A DNA stretch of 64,000 nt from Polyangiales bacterium (GTDB lineage Bacteria; Myxococcota_A; Polyangia; Polyangiales; Polyangiaceae). Every line of letters starts with the position of its first letter. The stretch's first letter is position 1. Made by a program: the position numbers and the translations under genes. Where the stretch lies: the NCBI GenBank assembly GCA_038231275.1, contig JBBRLQ010000007.1, forward strand, positions 64,001 to 128,000. Direction: 5' to 3'. The notes below the pieces were generated by a model. The model had not been told where the DNA came from. It saw only the letters and a program-made list of their open reading frames with translations, and did no database searches. Shown here in pieces: positions 9,451 through 17,787 of the stretch.

Positions 9451-10929
9451 ATGGCGAAGGCGACCCAGGCGGCCAAGGTGGGCCTGTTCTTCGTGGCCAC
9501 CGCGGTTGCCGTGTTCGTCATCTACCGCACCGTCAGCAAAGAGGTCGGCGGCGGAAACGGCTACGTGGTGCACGCGTACATCAAGGACGCGACCGGCATC
9601 GCCAACCACTCGCGCGTCGCGATCGCCGGCATCCCGGTCGGCTCGATCGAGAAGATCTCCCTCGAGCAAGGCCGCGCGCGCGTCGACGTGCGCGTGTCGA
9701 AGGACACCGTCCTCTACGCGAACTCGCGCCTCGGCGTTAAGAGCGCGTCTCTCCTCGGCGAGAACATCATCGTTCTCACCGCCGGCACCGACGAGCCGAA
9801 GAAGAAGGACGGCGACGAGATCGAGACGATGGCGGAGGCGCGCAGCGTCGAGGACTTGAAGGAGCAGGTAGGTCGCATCGCCGACTTGATCCAGGCGGTC
9901 GTACAGCAACTCGCCGCGTCGGTCGGCACCGACAAGGGCGGGCAGAACATGCGCGCCATCCTCGATAACCTCGCGCAGGCCACCGAGGCGATCAACATGA
10001 CGGTGCGCGAGAACCGCACCTACATCAACGAGACGCTCAAGAACGTCAACACGATCACCGCGCACAGCCAGCCGCAGATCGACAAGATCCTCGAGAACGT
10101 CCGCGTCATCACCGAGGAGGTGCGCGTCCTCGTCGCGCAGAACTCCGGCGATCCGAAGTCGGGCGGCGGCGAGATCCGCGACACGGTCACGCGCCTCAAC
10201 AAGGCCAGCAAGAGCCTCGAGAGCGCGCTCGATCACATCGACCACATCTCCGATCGCATCGACAAGGGGGAGGGGACGATCGGCCGCCTCACCAAGGACG
10301 AGGCGCTCATCAACGAGGTGCAGGGCGTCGCCGAGGGTGTGAACGATTACGTCGGCAACATCTCGCGTCTGCAGACGATCGTGGGTCTGCGCAGCGACTA
10401 CAATTTTCTCGCCAACACCGTGAAGAGCTACGTCGAGGTGCGCCTTCAGCCGCGCGAGGACAAGTACTACCTGATCGAGCTCGTCAACGATCCGCGCGGC
10501 AAGACGAGCTTCACGCAGACCGACACCGACACGACCGATCCGCGCGCGCCCTCGCACTACCGCACCGTCACCACGACGACGACCGACGCATTCCGGTTCT
10601 CGCTCATGTTCGCGCGCCGCCTCGGTCCGTTTACCGGCCGATTCGGCATCAAGGAGTCGACGGGCGGCCTCGGCCTCGACGTGCACCTTCTCCAGAACCG
10701 CTTCGAGGTCTCGAACGATCTGTTCGGCTTCGGCGAGGAGATCCAGCCGCGCTTCCGCGTGTGGGTCGGCTACGAGTTCATCCACCGCCTGTGGCTCCTC
10801 GGCGGCGTGGATCACCTGTTCTTGCCGAACCGCCGCGACTACTTCCTCGGCTTGCAGCTCCGCTTCACCGACGAGGATCTCAAGACCATCCTGCCGTTCA
10901 GCGGCTCGGCGGGCGCGGTCACCAAGTAG
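9451..10929 (+). CDS. MCE/MlaD family protein
   Basis: N-terminal TM, DATGIANHSRVAIAGIPVGSI MCE signature, SLLGENII, long helical region with GEGTIGRL. Confidence 0.9.
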   Translation: MAKATQAAKVGLFFVATAVAVFVIYRTVSKEVGGGNGYVVHAYIKDATGIANHSRVAIAGIPVGSIEKISLEQGRARVDVRVSKDTVLYANSRLGVKSASLLGENIIVLTAGTDEPKKKDGDEIETMAEARSVEDLKEQVGRIADLIQAVVQQLAASVGTDKGGQNMRAILDNLAQATEAINMTVRENRTYINETLKNVNTITAHSQPQIDKILENVRVITEEVRVLVAQNSGDPKSGGGEIRDTVTRLNKASKSLESALDHIDHISDRIDKGEGTIGRLTKDEALINEVQGVAEGVNDYVGNISRLQTIVGLRSDYNFLANTVKSYVEVRLQPREDKYYLIELVNDPRGKTSFTQTDTDTTDPRAPSHYRTVTTTTTDAFRFSLMFARRLGPFTGRFGIKESTGGLGLDVHLLQNRFEVSNDLFGFGEEIQPRFRVWVGYEFIHRLWLLGGVDHLFLPNRRDYFLGLQLRFTDEDLKTILPFSGSAGAVTK

Positions 10930-10938
10930 GGCGCGGCG

Positions 10939-13053
10939 TCAGGGCTTGCCGGCACCCTTCGCCCAGGCGAGCGCGCCGGCCGCGAGGAGCACTTCGAGCG
11001 CGCGCAAGGCGTCTCCTGCCGAGGACGCGCCGGTCCGCGTGGTCGCCTTCAGCACGTCGCGCAGCGACTTTGGCGACGTGACGATCGACAGCAGTCGCTG
11101 CACCGGCGGCGGCCAGGTCACGTCGCCGAACGCGGACTTCACCGGGGTGAGGACGTCGTCGAGCCGATCGCGGTAGCGATCGAGCGGGCTCTCCGCCGGC
11201 ATCGCCGACTCGAGGCCCGCCAGCATCAGCGTCGGCAGGTCGAGATCGAGCGGGAACTCGACGTGCTTCGCCGAGCCGCCGCGGTAGAACGTGAGCGTCC
11301 CGCCGCGCCAGAGGAAGAGATCGGCGACGCGATCGCGCCCCTGATCGCGGATCGCGCGGAAGATGTCGACCGAACCGACGAGCCCGAGCGAGATGAGCGT
11401 GTCGCCCATGCGGCCGTTGTGGCGGGGCAGGACCGCGAGCGCGAGATCGAGCTCTTCGCGCGCGAGCTTGCCGCGCCGCACGAGGTACTCGCCGAGCAGC
11501 TCGGTCGCGTCGCTCGATGCGACGTGGTTCAGCTTGCCGTCGATGAAGTAGAGCTCCTTGCGCGCGCCGGGCCCTTCTTCGCCGGCGGGGCGCTCCGCGA
11601 AGAGCACGCCGGTGAGGTGCCCCTCGAGGACCTTGAGGAGCGCGTCGAGCAGCGTCGCTGGCGAGAGATCCTCGATGAAATCCGGCTTTCCAGGCCCCGC
11701 GAGCTTGTTCGTCGTCGCCGACGCGGGCGGGAGGAAGCGCGCGAGCTCCTCGATCTCCTCGAGGCGCACGAGGCCGCGGCCCATGAAGTCGACCTTGTCT
11801 CCAGGACCGATCTGTCCGGTGACGCACGCCTCGATCAGGCGCGCGAACGTCCACGGTCCGTGACGCGTGCCGACCGACGTCTCCACGAACGACGGGAGCT
11901 GGCCGTACTCGCCGGTCTTTCGCTCGAAGGGCGAGTTCTCGTCCTCGACCTCCTCGAGATCGCTGTCGTCGCCGAGGTCGAGCACCAGCTCCTCGACCGC
12001 GTGGCGAGGCGATGCCGGCTTGACGGTCTGCCCCTCGTCCGCCACCGCCGCCGCCGCGCGGATCGCCCGGATGCTCTCGCGAACGGCCGCCATCGCGTCG
12101 GTCGACGGGTTCGAGACGACCCACCCGACGCGCGCCGCCAGCTCTGCGCGCACCGCGCTCTCGTCCGGCTCGAAGCGCTCGAGCGCCGCGGCGAGCGCCG
12201 TCGCCGTCTGGTACCGGTGCCCCGGATCGCGCGCGAGCGCCTTCTCGAGCACTTCGTAGAGACCCGGCGGCAAGCTCGCGCGCATCTCGGTGAGGGCGTC
12301 GATGCGGCAATCGCGGATCGCGAGGAGCACCGCGAGCTGGCCGCTGCCCGGGAAAAGAGGCTTTCCCAGGAGCGACTCCGCGAGCACCGTCGCGAGGCTG
12401 AAGAGATCGGCGCGATGATCGAACGCCTCGCCGGCGACCTGCTCGGGCGCGAGGTAGCCGAACTTTCCCTTGAGCACCGCGCTCTGCTCGCTGCGCAGCG
12501 TGGAGCGCGTCGTCGAGCGCGCGATGCCGAAGTCGCCGAGCTTCACGGTGCCTTCGCGCGAAAGGTAGAGGTTCGACGGTGTCACGTCGCGGTGGATGAT
12601 TCCGAGCGGTACGCCTTTCTTGTCGAGCGCGCCGTGAACGCTCTCGAGCCCCCGCAGCGCCTCACACGCGATGAAGACGCTGAGCTTTATGGGGAGGTTC
12701 TGGCCTTCCTGCTTGGTCCGCCGGAGGAGACGGTAGAGGTCGCAGCCCTCGACGTACTCCATCGCGAGGTACGGCTCGCCGTCCTCTGTAGTCCCGGCGC
12801 CGAAGACCGTCACCACGTTCTCGTGCTCGACGGCCTGATGCAGGTGCGCCTCGCGCTCGAACATCGTCCGCCCCTCGGGCTCGGTCGCGAAGTTCGGCAA
12901 GAGGCGCTTCACGACGAGGCGCTGCGGCTCGGCCCGTGGATCGGTCGGGTGGGCGAGGTAGACTTCTGCCGTACCCCCTACCGCAATACGCGTATCGAGC
13001 ACATACGGTCCGAACCGTATGCCGCTGCTGATGCCGCGGGGGGGATCCTTCAT
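10939..13053 (-). CDS. Cytoplasmic Ser/Thr protein kinase with C-terminal DUF4388 domain
   Basis: VVKR, HRDVTPSN, DFG and APE motifs. C-terminal LTGVLFAE...KELYFIDG...LLGEYLVRRG. ATG 13053 is preceded by TACTCT. Confidence 0.9.
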   Translation of the reverse strand: MKDPPRGISSGIRFGPYVLDTRIAVGGTAEVYLAHPTDPRAEPQRLVVKRLLPNFATEPEGRTMFEREAHLHQAVEHENVVTVFGAGTTEDGEPYLAMEYVEGCDLYRLLRRTKQEGQNLPIKLSVFIACEALRGLESVHGALDKKGVPLGIIHRDVTPSNLYLSREGTVKLGDFGIARSTTRSTLRSEQSAVLKGKFGYLAPEQVAGEAFDHRADLFSLATVLAESLLGKPLFPGSGQLAVLLAIRDCRIDALTEMRASLPPGLYEVLEKALARDPGHRYQTATALAAALERFEPDESAVRAELAARVGWVVSNPSTDAMAAVRESIRAIRAAAAVADEGQTVKPASPRHAVEELVLDLGDDSDLEEVEDENSPFERKTGEYGQLPSFVETSVGTRHGPWTFARLIEACVTGQIGPGDKVDFMGRGLVRLEEIEELARFLPPASATTNKLAGPGKPDFIEDLSPATLLDALLKVLEGHLTGVLFAERPAGEEGPGARKELYFIDGKLNHVASSDATELLGEYLVRRGKLAREELDLALAVLPRHNGRMGDTLISLGLVGSVDIFRAIRDQGRDRVADLFLWRGGTLTFYRGGSAKHVEFPLDLDLPTLMLAGLESAMPAESPLDRYRDRLDDVLTPVKSAFGDVTWPPPVQRLLSIVTSPKSLRDVLKATTRTGASSAGDALRALEVLLAAGALAWAKGAGKP

Positions 13054-13118
13054 CTCAGCCAAGAGTACCTGTCGAACGCCGCCTTACAAATGCAGTAGAT
13101 GCGGTAGATAGGGACTTC

Positions 13119-14726
13119 ATGATGCCGCTCGCCTCGCGCATCCTTTTCTCTTTGGCCGCCCTTGGTCTGTCGGTGGGTGCCGCGTCTTGCAGCGGGTGCC
13201 GCACGACGCCCTCGGCAAAGGGGCCGGACGCCGCGGGCCCCCCGACCGTTCGCCTCTACCTGGTGAGCGATCTGGCGGGGGCCATCGAGCCGTGCGGGTG
13301 CTCGAAAGACCAGCTCGGAGGGCTCGATCACGCGGGGGCGTGGATCGCGAGCGAGCGCGCGAAGGCTCCCGCGTCCGCGCTCGTCACCGCCGGGCCGCTC
13401 TTCTTCATGGACCCGACGTTGAAGCCCGAGAAGATCGGGCAGGACACGCAGAAGGCCGAGACGCTCGCGGCCGTCCTGAAGCAGCTCGATTTCGCGGCGT
13501 TCGCGCCGGCGAAGAACGAGTGGGCGGCGGGGCCCGACGTGCTCGGCAAGCTCCGAGAAGCCAGCGGCGCGGCGATGGTCTTCGGAAACGGCGCGGCGCC
13601 CGGTGCGGCCGCATTCGTCGTGCGCGAGATCGGCGGCGTGAAGGTCGGCTTCCTCGGCGTCGCCACACCGGAGGTGCCGGGCGTGGAGACAAAGGCGCCC
13701 GCCGAAGCGATCAAGGCGGCCGCGCACGCCGCGAAGGGGCAGGGGGCCAAGATCCTCATCGCGCTGGCGTCCGTGGGACGCGGCGAGGCGAAGCGAATCG
13801 CCGACGTCGTGCCGGAGCTCACGGCGATCCTCGTCGGATCGACCGGCGGCGTCGGCGACGCGAACACGCAAGCCCCGCCGCCCGAGCGCATCGGCAACGT
13901 GCTCGTCGCCGAGACCGGCAACCATCTTCAGACCGTCGCCGTCCTCGATCTCTACGTCCGCGACGGCGCGACCACCTTCGCCGACGCCACCGGCCTCGAG
14001 CTCGGTCGAAAGCGGCAAGAGCTGCAGGGCCGCGCCGCCGAGCTCCACGTCAAGATCGCCAACTGGGAGCGTGATGAGAAGGACGGCAAGGTCTCGAAGG
14101 CCGACCTCGACGCCCGCCGCGCCGATCTCGCGAAGCTCGAGGCCGAGAAGGCCGAGCTCGACGTCGCCAAGCCTCCCGAGACCGGCAGCTACTTCCGCTA
14201 CACGGTGAAGGAGATCCGCGACTCGCTCGGCAAGGACGCCAAGCTCGAAGAGCAATTGCGTGCATATTACAAGCGTGTCAACGACGCGAACAAGCTCGCG
14301 TTCGCCGATCGCAAGCCGCGCCCGCACGACGGCAAGGAGCCGGTCTACGTCGGCGTCGCGGTCTGCGCGTCGTGCCACGACGAGGCGAAGGCGGTCTGGG
14401 ACAAAACGCAGCACGCGCGCGCCTACGCCACGCTCTCGACGCAGTTCAAAGAGTTCAATTTGGACTGCGTCAGCTGCCACGTCACCGGCTACGACATGCC
14501 GGGCGGCAGCACCGTCACACACGTCGATCGCCTCAAGGACGTGCAGTGCGAGCAGTGCCACGGCCCCGGCTCACGCCACGCGATGGCGCCCGAAAAAATC
14601 GCGATCCCCATCGCGAAGCCGACGGCCGACTCGTGTCTCTCGTGCCATCACCCGCCGCACGTCGAGGGTTTCGACGCGAAGGTCAAGATGGAGGCCGTGC
14701 TCGGCCCCGGCCACGGGAGAAAGTGA
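13119..14726 (+). CDS. Lipoprotein with degenerate 5'-nucleotidase (UshA)-like domain and C-terminal tetraheme cytochrome c (c554-like)
   Basis: Four CxxCH motifs (CASCH, CVSCH, CEQCH, CLSCH), N-terminal GAIEPCGC...GGL, signal peptide with Cys. Confidence 0.85.
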   Translation: MMPLASRILFSLAALGLSVGAASCSGCRTTPSAKGPDAAGPPTVRLYLVSDLAGAIEPCGCSKDQLGGLDHAGAWIASERAKAPASALVTAGPLFFMDPTLKPEKIGQDTQKAETLAAVLKQLDFAAFAPAKNEWAAGPDVLGKLREASGAAMVFGNGAAPGAAAFVVREIGGVKVGFLGVATPEVPGVETKAPAEAIKAAAHAAKGQGAKILIALASVGRGEAKRIADVVPELTAILVGSTGGVGDANTQAPPPERIGNVLVAETGNHLQTVAVLDLYVRDGATTFADATGLELGRKRQELQGRAAELHVKIANWERDEKDGKVSKADLDARRADLAKLEAEKAELDVAKPPETGSYFRYTVKEIRDSLGKDAKLEEQLRAYYKRVNDANKLAFADRKPRPHDGKEPVYVGVAVCASCHDEAKAVWDKTQHARAYATLSTQFKEFNLDCVSCHVTGYDMPGGSTVTHVDRLKDVQCEQCHGPGSRHAMAPEKIAIPIAKPTADSCLSCHHPPHVEGFDAKVKMEAVLGPGHGRK

Positions 14727-14834
14727 CGGTCCCGGTGCGGCACGGCGCTCATTTGGCCGTGGCCCGCCGCGTGCGCCATCGAATGCCAGCGCCAGACGGC
14801 TGCGGCGTTCCCCCGCGCGGCGCCGCGTCAGCAA

Positions 14835-14864
14835 AAGTTGTATTACCAATTTGTATTACAACTT
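14835..14864. promoter_or_regulatory. AT-rich palindromic operator-like element
   Basis: AAGTTGTA-N14-TACAACTT inverted repeat containing two TTGTATTAC(C/A)A boxes. Confidence 0.5.
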
Positions 14865-15598
14865 AGGGCGCGGGGGAGGACCTCGCCGGCCTTGCCGAGG
14901 CGGCACTCGTCGAACGCGCTCGCGTTGTCGGGGCGTTCGGGACCGACGTAGATCGTCCTCGCGCCGGCCGCGCGTGCGGCGCGAGCGAACCCCGCGGCGG
15001 GGTACACCGCGCCGGAGCTGCCGACGGTCATGAAGATCGAGCTCTCCGCGAGGGCCTCGCCGATCTCCTCGAGCTCGAATGGGATTTCTCCGAACCAGAC
15101 GATGTGCGGCCGAATCCGCGCGCCGCAGCGGCAACGAGGGATCGCGCCGGCGTCGCGGTACTCGCCCGCGTCCTCGAACGGCGCGGTCTCGCACGCGTCG
15201 TCCTCGCAGCGGCTCTTGAGAAGCTCGCCGTGCATGTGGAGCGCGCGCGTGGACCCGGCGTGCTCGTGAAGTGGGTCCACGTTCTGCGTGCACAAGAAGA
15301 GGCGGGTCCCGAGCGTCGCTTCGAGCGTCGCGAGCGCGCGGTGGGCGGCGTTCGGCGCGCACGCCTTCGCCTGCGCGCGGCGGTCCGAGTAGAAGCGCCA
15401 AACCAGCTCCGCGTCCTTCGCCCATCCCTCCGGCGAGGCGACGTCCTCGACGCGGAATTGCTCCCAGAGGCCGTTCGCGTCGCGGAACGTCTGGATGCCG
15501 CTTTCGGCGCTGATTCCGGCGCCGGTCAGGATGAAGAGGCGGTCTTCGGGTCCCAGGACGAGGGGCTCGAACTCGGTGTGCGGCGCGACCTTGGTCAT
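14843..15598 (-). CDS. cobB: NAD-dependent protein deacylase (sirtuin, class III)
   Basis: TGAGISAESGIQTFRD, FYSDRR (Tyr/Arg desuccinylase pair), TQNVD, HMHG, zinc cysteines, RPHIVWFGE, VGSSGAVYPAA. Confidence 0.95.
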   Translation of the reverse strand: MTKVAPHTEFEPLVLGPEDRLFILTGAGISAESGIQTFRDANGLWEQFRVEDVASPEGWAKDAELVWRFYSDRRAQAKACAPNAAHRALATLEATLGTRLFLCTQNVDPLHEHAGSTRALHMHGELLKSRCEDDACETAPFEDAGEYRDAGAIPRCRCGARIRPHIVWFGEIPFELEEIGEALAESSIFMTVGSSGAVYPAAGFARAARAAGARTIYVGPERPDNASAFDECRLGKAGEVLPRALSCNTNW

Positions 15599-15693
15599 CG
15601 GGATTCCACGATAATGTCTGCCATTCGCCCCGAGGCGACGCGAAATGTGTCGGGAAAGGGGAGATTCTTCCCCCCGGGGCGTAGACGTCCGCG

Positions 15694-16737
15694 ATGTCGG
15701 GGAACCATGCGGTGCGGACCTGGGTCGGGACGAACCTCGGAGGGCGTTACACCCTCGAGGAGCTCGTCGAGGAGACGTCCACGACGCTTACGTTCCACGC
15801 CGTGGACACCCGCGTCGGGCGGCAGGTGGCCGTGCGCCTACTTCGTGCGGGCCTCGGCGCGGCGTCCGCTGCGGGGCGACGCCTCGAGCGCGAGGCGCGC
15901 ATGTCGGCGGCGATCGGTCACCCCAATGTGCGCGAGGCGTCGGACATGGGCGCGCTCGAGGACGGCACGCCGTACGTCGTCTCCGAGCTGCTCTCGGGCG
16001 ATACGCTCGACGAGGACATCCACGTCACCGGCGCGCGCCCCATCGGCGCCGCGCTCGAGATCACCTTGCAGATCCTCTCGGGCCTGTCCGCCGCGCACGC
16101 TCGCGGGCTCGTCCACGGTGCGCTGCGACCCGAGTTCGTGTTCCTCGTGCGCCGCCTCGGCTGCGCGCCGCTCGTGAAGCTCTGCGGCTTCGGAGAAGAT
16201 CTCACGACGCCGCTGCCCGATCGCACGGGTCCCGGCGCGCACTACCTTGCGCCCGAGCAGATTCGCGGCGGCAACCGCCCCACCGACGCGCGCACCGACG
16301 TCTACGTCACGGGCGTCATCCTGTACGAGCTGCTCACGGGGATGCGCCCCTTCACGGCGCCCGACGCCGCCGCGCTCTTCGAGGAGATCTTGGGCGCACC
16401 GCTCCGCGATCCGCGGGCGCTCCGTCCCGATCTGGCGCCGACGCTGTCGATGCTCGTCTACCGCGCGATGAAGCGCGATCCGCGCGATCGTTTCCAGACC
16501 GCCGAGGACATGCAGCGTGCGATCCGGTCGGCGCAGGCCGAGGCCGAGAGCGACGGCGCGTATTCGCTACGCACGGTGCTCACGACCGGCGAGCACGTCG
16601 CTGTGGCCCCGTCGCGGATGCGCACGTCGCACAAGACCATCGAGAGCTGGGACGACGTCACCGACGTCGCCGGCACCGACCACGCGCCGCTGTCGTCCGC
16701 GGGCGAGCAGACGGTGACGATCGTCCGACCTCGCTGA
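15694..16737 (+). CDS. Ser/Thr kinase-fold pseudokinase
   Basis: Kinase fold (YLAPEQ, DARTDVY) but VAVR, HGALRPEF and CGFG replace VAVK, HRDLKPEN and DFG. Confidence 0.85.
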   Translation: MSGNHAVRTWVGTNLGGRYTLEELVEETSTTLTFHAVDTRVGRQVAVRLLRAGLGAASAAGRRLEREARMSAAIGHPNVREASDMGALEDGTPYVVSELLSGDTLDEDIHVTGARPIGAALEITLQILSGLSAAHARGLVHGALRPEFVFLVRRLGCAPLVKLCGFGEDLTTPLPDRTGPGAHYLAPEQIRGGNRPTDARTDVYVTGVILYELLTGMRPFTAPDAAALFEEILGAPLRDPRALRPDLAPTLSMLVYRAMKRDPRDRFQTAEDMQRAIRSAQAEAESDGAYSLRTVLTTGEHVAVAPSRMRTSHKTIESWDDVTDVAGTDHAPLSSAGEQTVTIVRPR

Positions 16738-16935
16738 CGAACCGTACGCAGCCCGTCGCGACACTGCGCAGCCTTTCGCGAGGTCCGTTTCCACGTGCGG
16801 GCCGCCGCCTGGCGAAGTTGAAGCCCGCGCGACGGAGCCGCTGCCGCCCGCTCATGCGCTACGTTCCCAATTTCTACGTGCTTTTGGGGTCTCCCCGAGA
16901 TCAGCTCGGGGTCTTGTGAGTCAACGCGTGCGCGT

Positions 16936-16952
16936 CTGGCCTAGAACGTGCG
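16936..16952 (+). promoter_or_regulatory. Possible sigma-54 promoter
   Basis: CTGGCCTAGAACGTGCG has GG-N10-GC spacing but only a partial consensus match. Confidence 0.35.
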
Positions 16953-16964
16953 TACTGCGCCCCC

Positions 16965-17777
16965 ATGCGAGGAGCCTTCATCGTCGGCGCACTCCTTCTG
17001 TTCGGCTGTCGAACGGCGGAGCACGACACGACCCTCGGCGCCATCGCCTCCACAACTCGTGTCACTCTGACCGCGTATGAGAGCGAGCTCGTCGTCGAGC
17101 TCGTGCCGTCGAACGGTAGCTGCCCCACCGTGCACGCGACCGCCGCGCTCGGAGACGCTCCGATGAAGGTGGTCGAGCAGGGCCACTCGGATACTCACAC
17201 TGGAACGAGCGTCGGCGAGATCCTGACCAGCTGCATCTATCCGCGCTTCACGGTGGGGCTGCCAGCCGCCGGTACGCAGGCTCTCACGCAGCCGGACCTC
17301 ACCATCACGGACTCATCGACCACGTTTCGAATCCGCCTCGCCGACGGCTTGACGGCGCGTGCCATCCACGTGGCGAGCTCGTCGGACGGACAGCTTCACG
17401 CTGGCAAATCTGCGACCGTGGCCCTCGCGATGGGCGCGTCGACTCTCGACATAACCCCCTCCTCCCGAGACACCACGACGCTGACGATCGTCGATTCCCA
17501 CGATGCCCTGTTTTACCTATCGGGCCAGGACTTCGGTGGACGGAAGCCCAAGCTTGCCATGGATGCGAGCGGTACCTTCACGTTCGACGTACCTTCCGAC
17601 CTCCAGCCAGGTCCGGCGCGGCTTGGCTTGACATGGCATGCCGTTCTCACCGTGGCTGCGTGCGAGGGTCCTGTCGCTTGCGATGCGCGCGAGGAGCATC
17701 GCGGCGCTCTGGAAGGCCAGAATGCATCGAGGCCCGATCGCTACGAAGGCGACGGCACATTGGTCGTCAGCCCCTGA
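16965..17777 (+). CDS. Hypothetical lipoprotein
   Basis: MRGAFIVGALLLFGC lipobox. More A/T-ending codons than neighbouring genes. Confidence 0.65.
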   Translation: MRGAFIVGALLLFGCRTAEHDTTLGAIASTTRVTLTAYESELVVELVPSNGSCPTVHATAALGDAPMKVVEQGHSDTHTGTSVGEILTSCIYPRFTVGLPAAGTQALTQPDLTITDSSTTFRIRLADGLTARAIHVASSSDGQLHAGKSATVALAMGASTLDITPSSRDTTTLTIVDSHDALFYLSGQDFGGRKPKLAMDASGTFTFDVPSDLQPGPARLGLTWHAVLTVAACEGPVACDAREEHRGALEGQNASRPDRYEGDGTLVVSP

Positions 17778-17787
17778 GCGCCCCTCG

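Noticed and set aside
13288-13302. Possible selenocysteine (CxU) in the UshA-like protein
   Set aside because: Codons are TGC GGG TGC with no in-frame TGA, so this is the Cys form.
14835-14864. AT-rich palindrome as a dif site or intrinsic terminator
   Set aside because: It lacks the XerD-type TTATGTTAAA arm. The stem is AT-rich with a 14-nt loop, unlike a GC-rich terminator hairpin.
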